Assembly (NCBI GenBank): GCA_963755715.1
Contig: CAVWLW010000033.1
Coordinates: forward strand, 224,001-288,000
Origin: an uncultured delta proteobacterium
GTDB taxonomy: Bacteria > Desulfobacterota > Binatia > UBA9968
Direction of reading: 5' to 3'
Length of the DNA stretch: 64,000 bases
Each line of letters opens with the position of its first letter. Position 1 is the first letter of the stretch. Position numbers and translations under genes: made by a program. Shown in pieces: positions 49,532 to 58,839 of the stretch. The notes below the pieces were generated by a model. It did not search any database. It worked only from the letters and a program-made list of their open reading frames with translations, and was not told the DNA's origin.

Positions 49532-50230
49532 ATGTACCGGCCCTGGGTAGCGCTTGCCGCCGCGACATGCTGCCTCCTTCTTGGCGCATGCCGCGGCAAA
49601 GAAGACAGTGTTTCGAGCTCTTCGCCGTCCAGCCAGGCGGCAGGGACCAAAACAAAAGCGGCAAACGCCACGACGTTCCGCCTTCGCATCCATCCCACGC
49701 TCCCCGAATATTCATTCACGTTGGTGAGTGACCGATCCAGCGACAACAGCCAAACGTTGCAGGTGAAAAGAATCGAGATCCGGCGCGGAGGGGAAACTGA
49801 ACCTTTTCAGATCATTGAAGGACTTGACGCCGCCACGCCACTACAGCTGGTCCCGCCGCTTTCTATGGTCGATATGAATTTTGATGGTTACGGCGACATA
49901 CGTCTGATCGAGCTGCAGCCCGCCGGACCGAATGTTCCCTACCTCAACTGGTTGTTTGACCCAGCATCGGGCCGCTTTGTTGAAAGTCGCGCGCTCAACG
50001 AGATCACCTCGCCGCAATTCGATGCCGCTACCCGAGAGATTCGATCGGAATGGCGTGACGGCCCCACGCGCTACGGAACCGACATATACGTTTATAAGCA
50101 GGGCGAGCCGGTACTCGTGCGCAAGGAATCAAAAGAATACCGACAACCGGGCGTCTACACCTTGCGAGTCTCACAGTTGGTTGATGGCGCCTGGAAAACC
50201 GTCGAGCAACGCGAAGTGCGGGAGCCTTGA
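49532..50230 (+). CDS. Lipoprotein, XAC2610-like (putative peptidoglycan-hydrolase immunity protein)
   Basis: Lipobox LLLGA-C; DMNFDGYGD Ca-binding motif; WLFDPASGRF; starts 1 nt after the GH19 stop. Confidence 0.75.
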   Translation: MYRPWVALAAATCCLLLGACRGKEDSVSSSSPSSQAAGTKTKAANATTFRLRIHPTLPEYSFTLVSDRSSDNSQTLQVKRIEIRRGGETEPFQIIEGLDAATPLQLVPPLSMVDMNFDGYGDIRLIELQPAGPNVPYLNWLFDPASGRFVESRALNEITSPQFDAATREIRSEWRDGPTRYGTDIYVYKQGEPVLVRKESKEYRQPGVYTLRVSQLVDGAWKTVEQREVREP

Positions 50231-50290
50231 GGCGCTGCGACCGACGTAGCAGCGCATTATCCCGCCAGATGGTCAAGATTCATGTCGGAT

Positions 50291-50474
50291 AAATCGGTGT
50301 CAGACTTGCCTAAGTCTATTAACTTCTGGGGAAGACGATGCCGCGTCACCCGCGAGTTCATGCCGAAGGACTGATCTATCACGTGATGGCGCGGGGCAAT
50401 GACGGGCAGAAGATTTTTCTCAGCCAAAGCGACTATCAGGCATTAATCGAAGCCCTTCGGACCGTGCGTCGTCC
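50291..50474 (+). mobile_element. 5' remnant of a RAYT (Y1/HUH transposase) with left end hairpin, copy A
   Basis: AAATCGGTGTCAGACTTGCCTAAGTCTATTAACTTC, then ATG 50338 MPRHPRVHAEGLIYHVMARGNDGQKIF...DY; truncated before the HUH motif. Confidence 0.85.
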
Positions 50475-50492
50475 TCGGGACAAGACGTAAAC

Positions 50493-50551
50493 GGGTCAAG
50501 TCCGCTGTTGCTAAAAACGTTAGGACAGAAAGCAAAAAGCGGACTTGCCCC
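50493..50551. repeat. REP/REPIN-like inverted doublet
   Basis: GGGTCAAGTCCGCTGTTGCT ... AGCAAAAAGCGGACTTGCCCC immediately after the RAYT fragment. Confidence 0.75.
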
Positions 50552-50579
50552 CATTTCTGCCGCCTTTTCCCAACGGGCA

Positions 50580-53500
50580 CTAAAGAGATTGATCCGCGAA
50601 TTGGGGCTGTGCCGGCGGCGTGGTGCTGGAACCGATCAATTGCGCGCCGACGAGCTGTGAGTAGAGCCCGTTTTGGGCAAGAAGGAGAGTGTGGGAACCC
50701 TGTTCGGCGACGCGACCTTGGTCGAGAACAACGATATGGTCGGCGTCGCGAATCGTCGAGAGACGGTGAGCGATCACCAGAGTGGTGCGCCCTTTGGCGA
50801 GATGGGCAAGCGCCTGATGGATCAATTGTTCGTTGACGGCGTCGAGATGCGATGTGGCCTCGTCAAGGATGAGGACGGGAGCATTTTTGAGCAGGGCCCT
50901 GGCGATGGCGAGTCTCTGCCGTTGTCCGCCGGAAAGCTGAATGCCACGCTCGCCGACCACGGTATCGTAGGAAAGCGGCAGCTCGGTGATGAACTGGTGC
51001 GCGTTAGCGCGCTGCGCGGCTTCCTCGATGGCTTCGTCGGTGGCTTGCGGCTGGGCCAAGCGCAGGTTTTGCCGAATGGTGGTGTTGAAAAGGTAGGTCT
51101 CCTGGGAGACCAGAGCAATTCTTGTTCGCAGGTCATCGAGAGTGAACGCCCGCAAATCGTTTCCTTCCAACAAAATTTTGCCATGGGTGGGGTCCCAGAA
51201 GCGCAGCAGCAGCTGCGCACAGGTGGTTTTACCGGCTCCGGAAGGACCGACGAGAGCAACGGTTTGTCCGGGCTCGATGCGAAATGAAACATCTTGCAGC
51301 ACCGGCGACTCGTGCGGACCGTACGTAAAGCTCGTGTTGTCGAAAATCACTGACGGAGGCCGGTCGGGGGTGGTCGGCAGCGAAACCATCCCAGCACCGT
51401 CCGTCACGGGGATCGGTTCATCCTTGATGGCAAAGATCCGCCGCGCGGAAGCCAGAGTCTCCATGAGTTCTTTGAACGTGCGGGTTATCTCACTCACCGG
51501 GCCGAAAGCCGCCATAGCCAAGACCGTTGCCAGTGGCAGGACCGCGCGGGTCATTTCCCCCTGAGACACGAGCCAAACGCCGGTTACCAGCACCGCCAAC
51601 GCGCCGATGCCCGTGAGGGTCTCGTTCAAGCTTGCTTGCCGAGCCTGTTCCGTATGAAACCGAACTTGCGCCGTGGCGACGCGCCAACTGTTGCGCGACA
51701 GCTCAGCGGTGAACCGCTTCTCACAGCCTAAGCCCACCACTTCTCGCAGGCCCTGAATGCCGTCGACCAAGTGAGCGTTGAGCTGCCCCATGGTTTCTCG
51801 TACCTGGGTTCCAAGCTGTCCGGAACGCTTCTGAAAAAACAGCGGCGACACGGCGACCAGCAAGAGGAAGGGAAGCAGAGCGGCGGCCAAAGGCCAGCCC
51901 ATCCAGCCGAGGAAAAAGAGAACCACACCAGGGACCAGAACGGCGACGAAAGCGGGCGCAATGGTGTGGGCAAAAAAGATTTCGATCAATTCGATATCAC
52001 TGCTGATGATGCTTACCAGGTCTCCTGAGCGGCGCTGCAACAGATAACCTGGGGCCAACGGATCCAAGGTCTGGTACATATCGATGCGCATCTCGGCGAG
52101 CAGCTGATAGGCCAGATCATGGGAGATCCAGAGTTCGACCCAGGACAGTAGCGATGTGGCCACAACCGCCAGCGCGAGCAACAGAACCGGCCAAAAAATC
52201 TCGCCGTGCCGGATCACCTGTCCGACCACGAGCGCGCCCGCAACACCGACGCCGATCAAAGCCGCCTGGTATAGAACTCCACTCGAAAATGCCAACGTCG
52301 TCTTCACCGCAAAGGGACGCACCAGCCCGAGCAAGCGCTGCAAGGTCGTACGAATCGATAGCGGTCGTACCGTGTTGAAAGTTTTATCCGTCGTGCTTTG
52401 AGCGGCGCTTCCGACCGGCCCCAGCCCATGACCATTATCAAAACCATTGGCAACGGAAGCCGCCTGCGCGGCGATTTCTCCGTCGGATGCGTTTTGTTGG
52501 CCGGCCATAAGGTCAGCGTAAACACCATTGGCTTGAAGCAGCTCGGCATGAGAGCCCGACTCGACGATCTCACCTTGCTCGATCACCAAAATGCGGTGCG
52601 CGTCGATCACGCTCGACAGACGGTGGGCGATAATCAATGTTGTCCGGCCTTCCATCAGCCGGTTCAGAGCCTCCTGTATAATCGCCTCGTTCTGCGCATC
52701 AACGCTGGAGAGCGCTTCGTCGAGCACCAGAATCGACGCATCCTTGAGCAGAGCGCGAGCGATGGCGACACGCTGCCGCTGACCGCCGGAGAGTCGGGCG
52801 CCGCGCTCGCCGACGAGAGTTTCGTAGCCCTTGGGCAACGCACTAATAAAATCGTGCGCGTTGGCGGCGCGGGCGGCGGCTTCGATTTCCTGCTGCGTCG
52901 CCTCGGGTTGGGCAAGGCGCAGGTTCTCCGCCACGGTGCCGTAGAAAAGATAAGTGTCTTGAGCGACCACTGCGACATGACGGCGCAGAAAACTGAGGGA
53001 CAGATGGCGCAGGTCTCGATTGCCAAGAAAGATACGGCCCTTTTGCGGATCGACGAAACGGAGCATCAGTGACACGACAGTCGATTTGCCGGCTCCGCTC
53101 GGCCCGACAATCCCGAGTTTCTCGCCCTTGCGCAGCGTGAAGGAAATATCGCGGAGCGCCGGGCGTAGGCCGTTCTGATAGCCGAAGGTCACATTCTCGA
53201 AGCGTATCTCGGGCTCAAGGAGACCCGGCGTGACACCATTGGTTTCATGATAGTTCCCGTCTTGAACCTCAATCGGCGTAGCCAGCAGCGTGAAAATCCC
53301 TTCGGCCGACGCCGTGGCCAAGAAGCCTTGGTGGTAGAGGATGATCATCTCGCGCATCGGGCGAAAAACTTCCGCGCCCAGAAGCAAAAGAACCACGAGG
53401 GCGCGCAGGTCGAGCTCGCCGTTGGTTACCTTGAATGCGCCCCAAGCCAGGGCCGCAGCGCTACCTGCCGTAATGCCGAAGGTACCTACCCCACTAGACA

Positions 53501-54221
53501 TGAGATTGACGGCGAGCACCCCCATGGTGGCGCGGTAAACCTGATGCGCCCTGTCCGCGAGGATGTTACCCCAATTACGGCTCTGGCCGAAAATCTTGAG
53601 CGTCGAGATGCCCTGCATGCTGTCGAGGAAATCCGCGCTCAAAGCGCCGTAGGCGGCGCGGCGTCGACGGCTGCTCTCTCGACTCGTCCAAAAAAAGATG
53701 GCCGGAGCCACCAAAGTGAAGACAGCGAAGCACAGGAAAATAAAACCTATGGAGAGATCGATGGAGGCCATGAGAAAGAAAATAATGATCGGAGCCAATC
53801 CGGCGACCATCATCTGCGGAAGAAACTGGCCAAAAAAAACCTGCAACCGTTCGACACCTTCGCCCAATATGGTCAGCACGTCACCGGTTCGGCTTTGGTC
53901 GAACTGTCCCGGTCCCATGGCAAGGGAATGCGCATAAAGTTGTCGTCTGATTTCGACTTTGACCCGCGCCGCGGTTTCCTGGCTGATCCCATCCCGGAGA
54001 AACTGCAGGAGCCCGCGCAACACGGTGCAACCGATGATTCCGCCGATCGGCAAGATCAGGGAGGAAAATGGTTTGCCTAAGAGAACGCCCGCAATGACCA
54101 GGCCCGAAAGGGTCAACCGACCCAACCCCGCGAATACAGCGCATAGACCGACAAACGCAGTGGCGACAATGCGGCTTCTGACACCCTGAGTCAGGCGAAG
54201 TAGGCGTTTATCGAGATACAT
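50580..54221 (-). CDS. Fused double ABC transporter, TMD-NBD-TMD-NBD (CydDC/IrtAB-like type IV fold)
   Basis: Two GPSGAGK[ST] Walker A, two LSGGQ, two LDEA Walker B and two IAHRLS motifs in one ~1213-aa ORF. Confidence 0.92.
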   Translation of the reverse strand: MYLDKRLLRLTQGVRSRIVATAFVGLCAVFAGLGRLTLSGLVIAGVLLGKPFSSLILPIGGIIGCTVLRGLLQFLRDGISQETAARVKVEIRRQLYAHSLAMGPGQFDQSRTGDVLTILGEGVERLQVFFGQFLPQMMVAGLAPIIIFFLMASIDLSIGFIFLCFAVFTLVAPAIFFWTSRESSRRRRAAYGALSADFLDSMQGISTLKIFGQSRNWGNILADRAHQVYRATMGVLAVNLMSSGVGTFGITAGSAAALAWGAFKVTNGELDLRALVVLLLLGAEVFRPMREMIILYHQGFLATASAEGIFTLLATPIEVQDGNYHETNGVTPGLLEPEIRFENVTFGYQNGLRPALRDISFTLRKGEKLGIVGPSGAGKSTVVSLMLRFVDPQKGRIFLGNRDLRHLSLSFLRRHVAVVAQDTYLFYGTVAENLRLAQPEATQQEIEAAARAANAHDFISALPKGYETLVGERGARLSGGQRQRVAIARALLKDASILVLDEALSSVDAQNEAIIQEALNRLMEGRTTLIIAHRLSSVIDAHRILVIEQGEIVESGSHAELLQANGVYADLMAGQQNASDGEIAAQAASVANGFDNGHGLGPVGSAAQSTTDKTFNTVRPLSIRTTLQRLLGLVRPFAVKTTLAFSSGVLYQAALIGVGVAGALVVGQVIRHGEIFWPVLLLALAVVATSLLSWVELWISHDLAYQLLAEMRIDMYQTLDPLAPGYLLQRRSGDLVSIISSDIELIEIFFAHTIAPAFVAVLVPGVVLFFLGWMGWPLAAALLPFLLLVAVSPLFFQKRSGQLGTQVRETMGQLNAHLVDGIQGLREVVGLGCEKRFTAELSRNSWRVATAQVRFHTEQARQASLNETLTGIGALAVLVTGVWLVSQGEMTRAVLPLATVLAMAAFGPVSEITRTFKELMETLASARRIFAIKDEPIPVTDGAGMVSLPTTPDRPPSVIFDNTSFTYGPHESPVLQDVSFRIEPGQTVALVGPSGAGKTTCAQLLLRFWDPTHGKILLEGNDLRAFTLDDLRTRIALVSQETYLFNTTIRQNLRLAQPQATDEAIEEAAQRANAHQFITELPLSYDTVVGERGIQLSGGQRQRLAIARALLKNAPVLILDEATSHLDAVNEQLIHQALAHLAKGRTTLVIAHRLSTIRDADHIVVLDQGRVAEQGSHTLLLAQNGLYSQLVGAQLIGSSTTPPAQPQFADQSL

Positions 54222-54349
54222 GACGCAAAGACGACATTCGTAATACCAATTGAAGATTCGTAACACCGCAGCCGTTTTGCTGTCAAAGCCCGCTTGAATC
54301 TAGGTTACGGCAGGAGCTTCAGGCAGGTAGACCTGTGGGACCAGATTCA

Positions 54350-54434
54350 ACCAGTCCAAACTGCTCGCCAGCAATTCATACGAGCGATGACGCGAGGCCG
54401 GATTGTAAGTGCATGCGACGACGGCTAGCGCGTC
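54350..54434 (-). pseudogene. C-terminal scar of an LLM-class flavin-dependent oxidoreductase (YhbW-like)
   Basis: Reads DALAVVACTYNPASRHRSYELLA, resembling the family terminus DEL......D...R..SYELLA. Confidence 0.5.
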
Positions 54435-54456
54435 GCGACCTGACAAACTCGCGCTT

Positions 54457-55482
54457 TCACTGGCGCACCGAAAAGATTTCCCTGAATTCGGTGGCGTAGC
54501 GGCCGTAGTTCTTCACGACCTGATCGTAGTCCATGGTCATCAGACGAATTTTCGCGGCTCGAGGAACCGGCTGGGGGACATCGGTCCGGCTTGGATTGCG
54601 GTTGAGCTGAGAAATGATCATCTGTCCTTCGCGTGAAAGAACATAGTCTGTGAAAAGCTTCGCAGCATTCGGGCGCGAGGCGTTTTTCGGTATGCTCGCC
54701 GAAATAGGTGGGTTAGGAGCTAGCGGCTCAATGGCAGTCCATTCGATGGGTGCTCCCTTGAGCCTCATCGTCTCGGCCTGGTGAATACGAATGGTCGGAG
54801 CAATAGCAAATTCTCCGGCACCGATGAGTTGCGCGAGCAAAGTATGGCCAGTGCGGATTTGCGGCTGCTGCGCTGCCAATCGGCGCATAAAAACTTTCCC
54901 TTTTTCTTCGCCCATGAGCTGGAGCATCGCCGTGTACCAATCGACGTCTTCCTCCTCCAAAGCGATTTGGGATTTCCAACGTGGAGCGAGAAGATCCTCC
55001 CAGGTTTTGGGAGCTTCAGGGCCGCGTACCATTCTAGTGTTATAGGTAAGGACTTCCAGGTTCCAATATACCCCGGTCCAATAGCCATCGGAATCCTTCA
55101 GCGCCGCAAGAACCTTCTCTCGTTCTGGCGATGCGTAGGGTAAGAGCAGTCCCATGGCTTTGAGAAGCCAGGTCTGAAATCCGCTGAGCAGATAGGCATC
55201 GGAGAGATTCTTCCCCGCGCGCGCCTCCATGGTGATTTTTTGCAGCAACTTTTCGCCGCTGGCGCGATAGGTCTCGACCTCGATGAATGGATACTTCTTA
55301 CGAAAACCGGTCAAGATGTTTTGGGTGTCCGGAACATTCGGCGAATGGTAAAGTACGAGTTTCTTTTCAATCTGAGCATTTGCCAACCAATCTTGCGCAT
55401 GGATCTGGTCGACAAAAACTAACGCGGTTAGCATTGTTGATAAAATCAAGAGCATCATGGAGAAGCTGTTGCGCCTCCTCAT
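54457..55482 (-). CDS. ABC transporter substrate-binding protein, Fe3+/thiamine/polyamine-like
   Basis: F.KKYPFI, PKTWEDLL.PRWK, PNAAKLF.DY.LS.EGQ motifs. Confidence 0.88.
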   Translation of the reverse strand: MRRRNSFSMMLLILSTMLTALVFVDQIHAQDWLANAQIEKKLVLYHSPNVPDTQNILTGFRKKYPFIEVETYRASGEKLLQKITMEARAGKNLSDAYLLSGFQTWLLKAMGLLLPYASPEREKVLAALKDSDGYWTGVYWNLEVLTYNTRMVRGPEAPKTWEDLLAPRWKSQIALEEEDVDWYTAMLQLMGEEKGKVFMRRLAAQQPQIRTGHTLLAQLIGAGEFAIAPTIRIHQAETMRLKGAPIEWTAIEPLAPNPPISASIPKNASRPNAAKLFTDYVLSREGQMIISQLNRNPSRTDVPQPVPRAAKIRLMTMDYDQVVKNYGRYATEFREIFSVRQ

Positions 55483-55531
55483 ATTTCCAACTTCCTTCTC
55501 CATATCAAATCTCTGATTTTTCGTGAACCAT

Positions 55532-56710
55532 TCACAGCACGAGTCTTTGACCGTAGAGCTTGACCGCGTTGTCCCAAAGGATCTTTCGCTTGGCTTCATC
55601 CGAGATGGGTTGAGCATTGAACTCGGGCAGTGCTTTCGCTGGTTCTATGCCGTCAAGATGGGGATAGTCGGTGTTCCAAACGATGCAGTCGCCTTTAAGA
55701 TGGTCGACCGCATACGCCAAAGCGGTCTCGTCACTGTCGCAAGCCACTGTGCATTGGCGCAGGAAATACTCGCTCGGCAGCATGGATATTTTCTTGGGCT
55801 TGCCCATAATGCTGTAACGACCGTGCGAATGCACGTCCATCCGTCCAAGCCAAAATGGCAACCAGCCGGCGTTGGATTCGAGAATCGCCAGACGCAGTTT
55901 GGGAAATCGCTCCAGGATCCCGGTAAAAATAAAATGGCCCATGGTCGCCATGTTATCGCAAGGAAAGCCGATCGCATGATCGACCCCCCGGAGCGCTTGG
56001 AAGTCGTGAATCTCGTCGCTGCTCGAGCCGCTTTGCTCGACCACGCGAAAGCCGCGAAAGGGTTGGACCCGATAGCGGTATTCACCGTGGACGGCTATGG
56101 GAAAATCCAACTCACAAGCGAGCTGCCAGAGGGCGTCATACTCCTTCTCGTGCAACCATTTGCCCTCCGGCAACAACGGATTTCGGATCGAGACGGCGCC
56201 GAGTTCCGCCACCGCCCGTCGTGCTTCCTTGACGATCTCGTCGATGTTTGCACCCGGCACAACGGCGATAAACTTAAGTCTCTTGGAGTCAACACTGCAG
56301 TAGTCATGCGCCCAGTTGTTATAAGCCCGGCACAGTGCGGCGCCTAAATCAGCATGCTTCAGCGCGACGGAACATCCGAAGTTTCCGTTGCTGCCGGTAG
56401 GCAAAAGCACCTGGATATCCCATCCGTGCCGGTCCATGTCGCTGATGCGTGTTTGCGGCGCCCACCAGGTTTGGAAAGCTTCGCCGTACTTTTCCTCCAT
56501 AATTTTGAATGATTCCTTCGGGGGTCCCTTAACCTGCTTTTCGTCTTTCGGAATGATCTTTCCGTCCGCCTCGTAGACCATGAATGTGCCGTTCATATAA
56601 GCCACTTTGGGAGCCTGCGCCCGGTACTTGGGCTCCACGTACTTCTCCCACATGTCCTGAGGCTCGTGCATGTGAGCGTCGGCGTCGACGACCTTGTATC
56701 CATTCCACAT
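55532..56710 (-). CDS. Amidohydrolase family protein (Amidohydro_2)
   Basis: DADAH, RAYNNW, IAVH, ILESNAGW, TDYPH, NAVKLY motifs. Confidence 0.92.
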   Translation of the reverse strand: MWNGYKVVDADAHMHEPQDMWEKYVEPKYRAQAPKVAYMNGTFMVYEADGKIIPKDEKQVKGPPKESFKIMEEKYGEAFQTWWAPQTRISDMDRHGWDIQVLLPTGSNGNFGCSVALKHADLGAALCRAYNNWAHDYCSVDSKRLKFIAVVPGANIDEIVKEARRAVAELGAVSIRNPLLPEGKWLHEKEYDALWQLACELDFPIAVHGEYRYRVQPFRGFRVVEQSGSSSDEIHDFQALRGVDHAIGFPCDNMATMGHFIFTGILERFPKLRLAILESNAGWLPFWLGRMDVHSHGRYSIMGKPKKISMLPSEYFLRQCTVACDSDETALAYAVDHLKGDCIVWNTDYPHLDGIEPAKALPEFNAQPISDEAKRKILWDNAVKLYGQRLVL

Positions 56711-57284
56711 AGATTTTCCCCTTCACCGGCCCTATATCCTATTCAGAAATTAGACACTGCAAAATCATCTGGTTTATAATCCGCAAGATGTCACACGTCC
56801 AATGTTTTTTTGGTGATATCATTCATAGATGTTTGACAAGACCTTCGAGGGAACAGGCTACTTTGTAATTGAAAGGCGGACGCGTACGCATAGGAGAAGC
56901 GGCTCTTGCCGAGAGCGCGTTGCCTTTTAGGAGCGTAGTTCATGAAGATCCACATTTCTCCACCGCAAGTTGCCATGCGGGTACCACTGCACGCAACATC
57001 TTCACAAGGTGCTGTAGACATGGAGCCGCGTCGCCAAGACTATGACCGGCTCGATCTGACCCGCCAGCGGAAGTTCCGCACGATCGGTCGGGGGAAAAGT
57101 GAGTCCGAGGTGGACGAAGCAGCAATCGCTCTAGTCGAGCTAAGCGTGCTGGTCTATGACGATATCGGCACTATCGGAAAGACGGCCGCAAAGCTCCGCG
57201 ATCCCCGCCTGGGATTGTTTGGAAAGAAAGGAAACCGCGACGCGGACCTGCAGTGGCTGGAAGCCGAGCGCGAAATCGGTGTCG

Positions 57285-57472
57285 AAATCGGTGTCAGACT
57301 TGCCTAAGTCTATTAACTTCTGGTAGGGAGAGACGATGCCGCGTCACCCGCGAGTTCATGCCGAAGGACTGCTCTATCACGTGAAGGCCCGTGGCAATGA
57401 CGGGCAGAAGATTTTTCTCAGCCAAAGCGACTATCAGGCCTTAATCGAAGCGCTTCGGACCGTGCGTCGTCC
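57285..57472 (+). mobile_element. 5' remnant of a RAYT with left end hairpin, copy B
   Basis: Near-identical to 50291..50474; preceded by tandem duplication of GAAATCGGTGTC (57272-57295). Confidence 0.85.
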
Positions 57473-57649
57473 GCGGGTGATCCATGTAACTGGGTTCTGC
57501 CGGGCGTGCGGCATTTAGCTTCTTCTCACCGGTATCAAATGAGCAGATCCGTTGAATTTGACAGCGAGCAGACCAACGAATACGTTTGCGGAGAATGGTG
57601 ATGTTCAGCACGGCAAACGTGGCTTCGCCAAATTTCGGCGCGAAAATTT

Positions 57650-58699
57650 ATGACCATCTCTCGCCTTGGACTGCATCTCCCTCGGCTGCCGCAGCGTTTT
57701 GACGGATTACTGCTTGCGGCGTTTGTCCTTCTTTTTCTTTGGGTCAAAATGCCGAGCGCGCTGGCGGGCCAGGCCAAGACGCTCGTTAAAGTCGTCATCG
57801 GCTATGGTTCTACGGATGGCGGCGTTGCGGTATTGGGGTTTGCCCAGGAAACTAAACTATTCGAGAAGCACGGTCTCGATGTGGTGCTGGTCGGCATGGG
57901 GACCGGATCGGTGTCCTTGCGGGCGCTGATCGCCAAAGATCTGCAAATTTCCTCTCTTTCGGGCTCCGGTTTGGTGCAAGCCGCATTGCAGGGCGCCGAC
58001 ACCGTCCTCATTGCTGCTCTCATCAACGGATTTGTTTTCAAGGTTTTCAGCGCGCCAGAAATCTCCAGCCCGGCGCAGCTTAAGGGTAAGAAATTAGGCG
58101 TCAGCCGCTACGGGGCGACATCCGATTTCGCGGTCCGGCTGGCGCTTAAAAAATGGGGCCTGAATCCTGAGCGCGACGTCAATATTCTCCAAATCGGCAC
58201 ATCGCAGGACACAGTCCGCGCGATGCAGACCAAAATGCTCGACGCTGGGGTGACGACTGGCACCTCGTCGCTGATCGCGCGCAAAGCGGGCTTTCGTGAG
58301 CTCGGGGACCTCGCCGACTTGGGGCTGGATTATCCGACGTCGGCGATCGGCACGACCAAATCTTATCTGCAAAAAAACGAAGCGACCGTGAAAGGATTCA
58401 TGCTCGCCTACATCGAAGCGATCCATGACTTCAAGCGCAATAAAGAAGTCGCTCTGGCGGTACTGAAAAAATATACCCGCAACGACGACCGCGAGGTGTT
58501 GGAGCATAACTATGACGATATCGCGAGCAGATATCTGGCGATGCCGATTCCGACTCTGGAGGGGATTCGTACCATTCTGACGGAGCTTTCAAGCACCACG
58601 CCCGCGGCGAAGAACGCCGATCCGGAGCAATTCGTCTCGTACAAGATCGCGCGGGAAATCGAAGCGAGCGGCTTCGTCAAACGGCTGTACGAGAAGTAG
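57650..58699 (+). CDS. ABC transporter substrate-binding protein, NMT1/SsuA-like
   Basis: LFEKHGLDV, LKGKKLGVSRYG, GLNPERDV motifs; start uncertain. Confidence 0.88.
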   Translation: MTISRLGLHLPRLPQRFDGLLLAAFVLLFLWVKMPSALAGQAKTLVKVVIGYGSTDGGVAVLGFAQETKLFEKHGLDVVLVGMGTGSVSLRALIAKDLQISSLSGSGLVQAALQGADTVLIAALINGFVFKVFSAPEISSPAQLKGKKLGVSRYGATSDFAVRLALKKWGLNPERDVNILQIGTSQDTVRAMQTKMLDAGVTTGTSSLIARKAGFRELGDLADLGLDYPTSAIGTTKSYLQKNEATVKGFMLAYIEAIHDFKRNKEVALAVLKKYTRNDDREVLEHNYDDIASRYLAMPIPTLEGIRTILTELSSTTPAAKNADPEQFVSYKIAREIEASGFVKRLYEK

Positions 58700-58839
58700 G
58701 GAGAAAGCCTCAGGAGCGGGATGTATCCAATGTTGCATCAATGCACAGATCCATACGGCTTGATGCCCGCGTACTAGGATCGACCTTAAGAGAAATCTTT
58801 TCGGTTCTGTAAGCCGATGATTTCAAGGAGCTGCTCGTT

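Noticed and set aside
50580-55482. Fe-type SBP working with the exporter-fold ABC as a novel importer
   Set aside because: The 235-bp gap contains a probable scar of an unrelated gene, so the adjacency is likely recent.
56942-57307. ORF with DUF2934-like ending (WLEAEREI)
   Set aside because: Only a short motif that runs into the RAYT end; the rest has no support.
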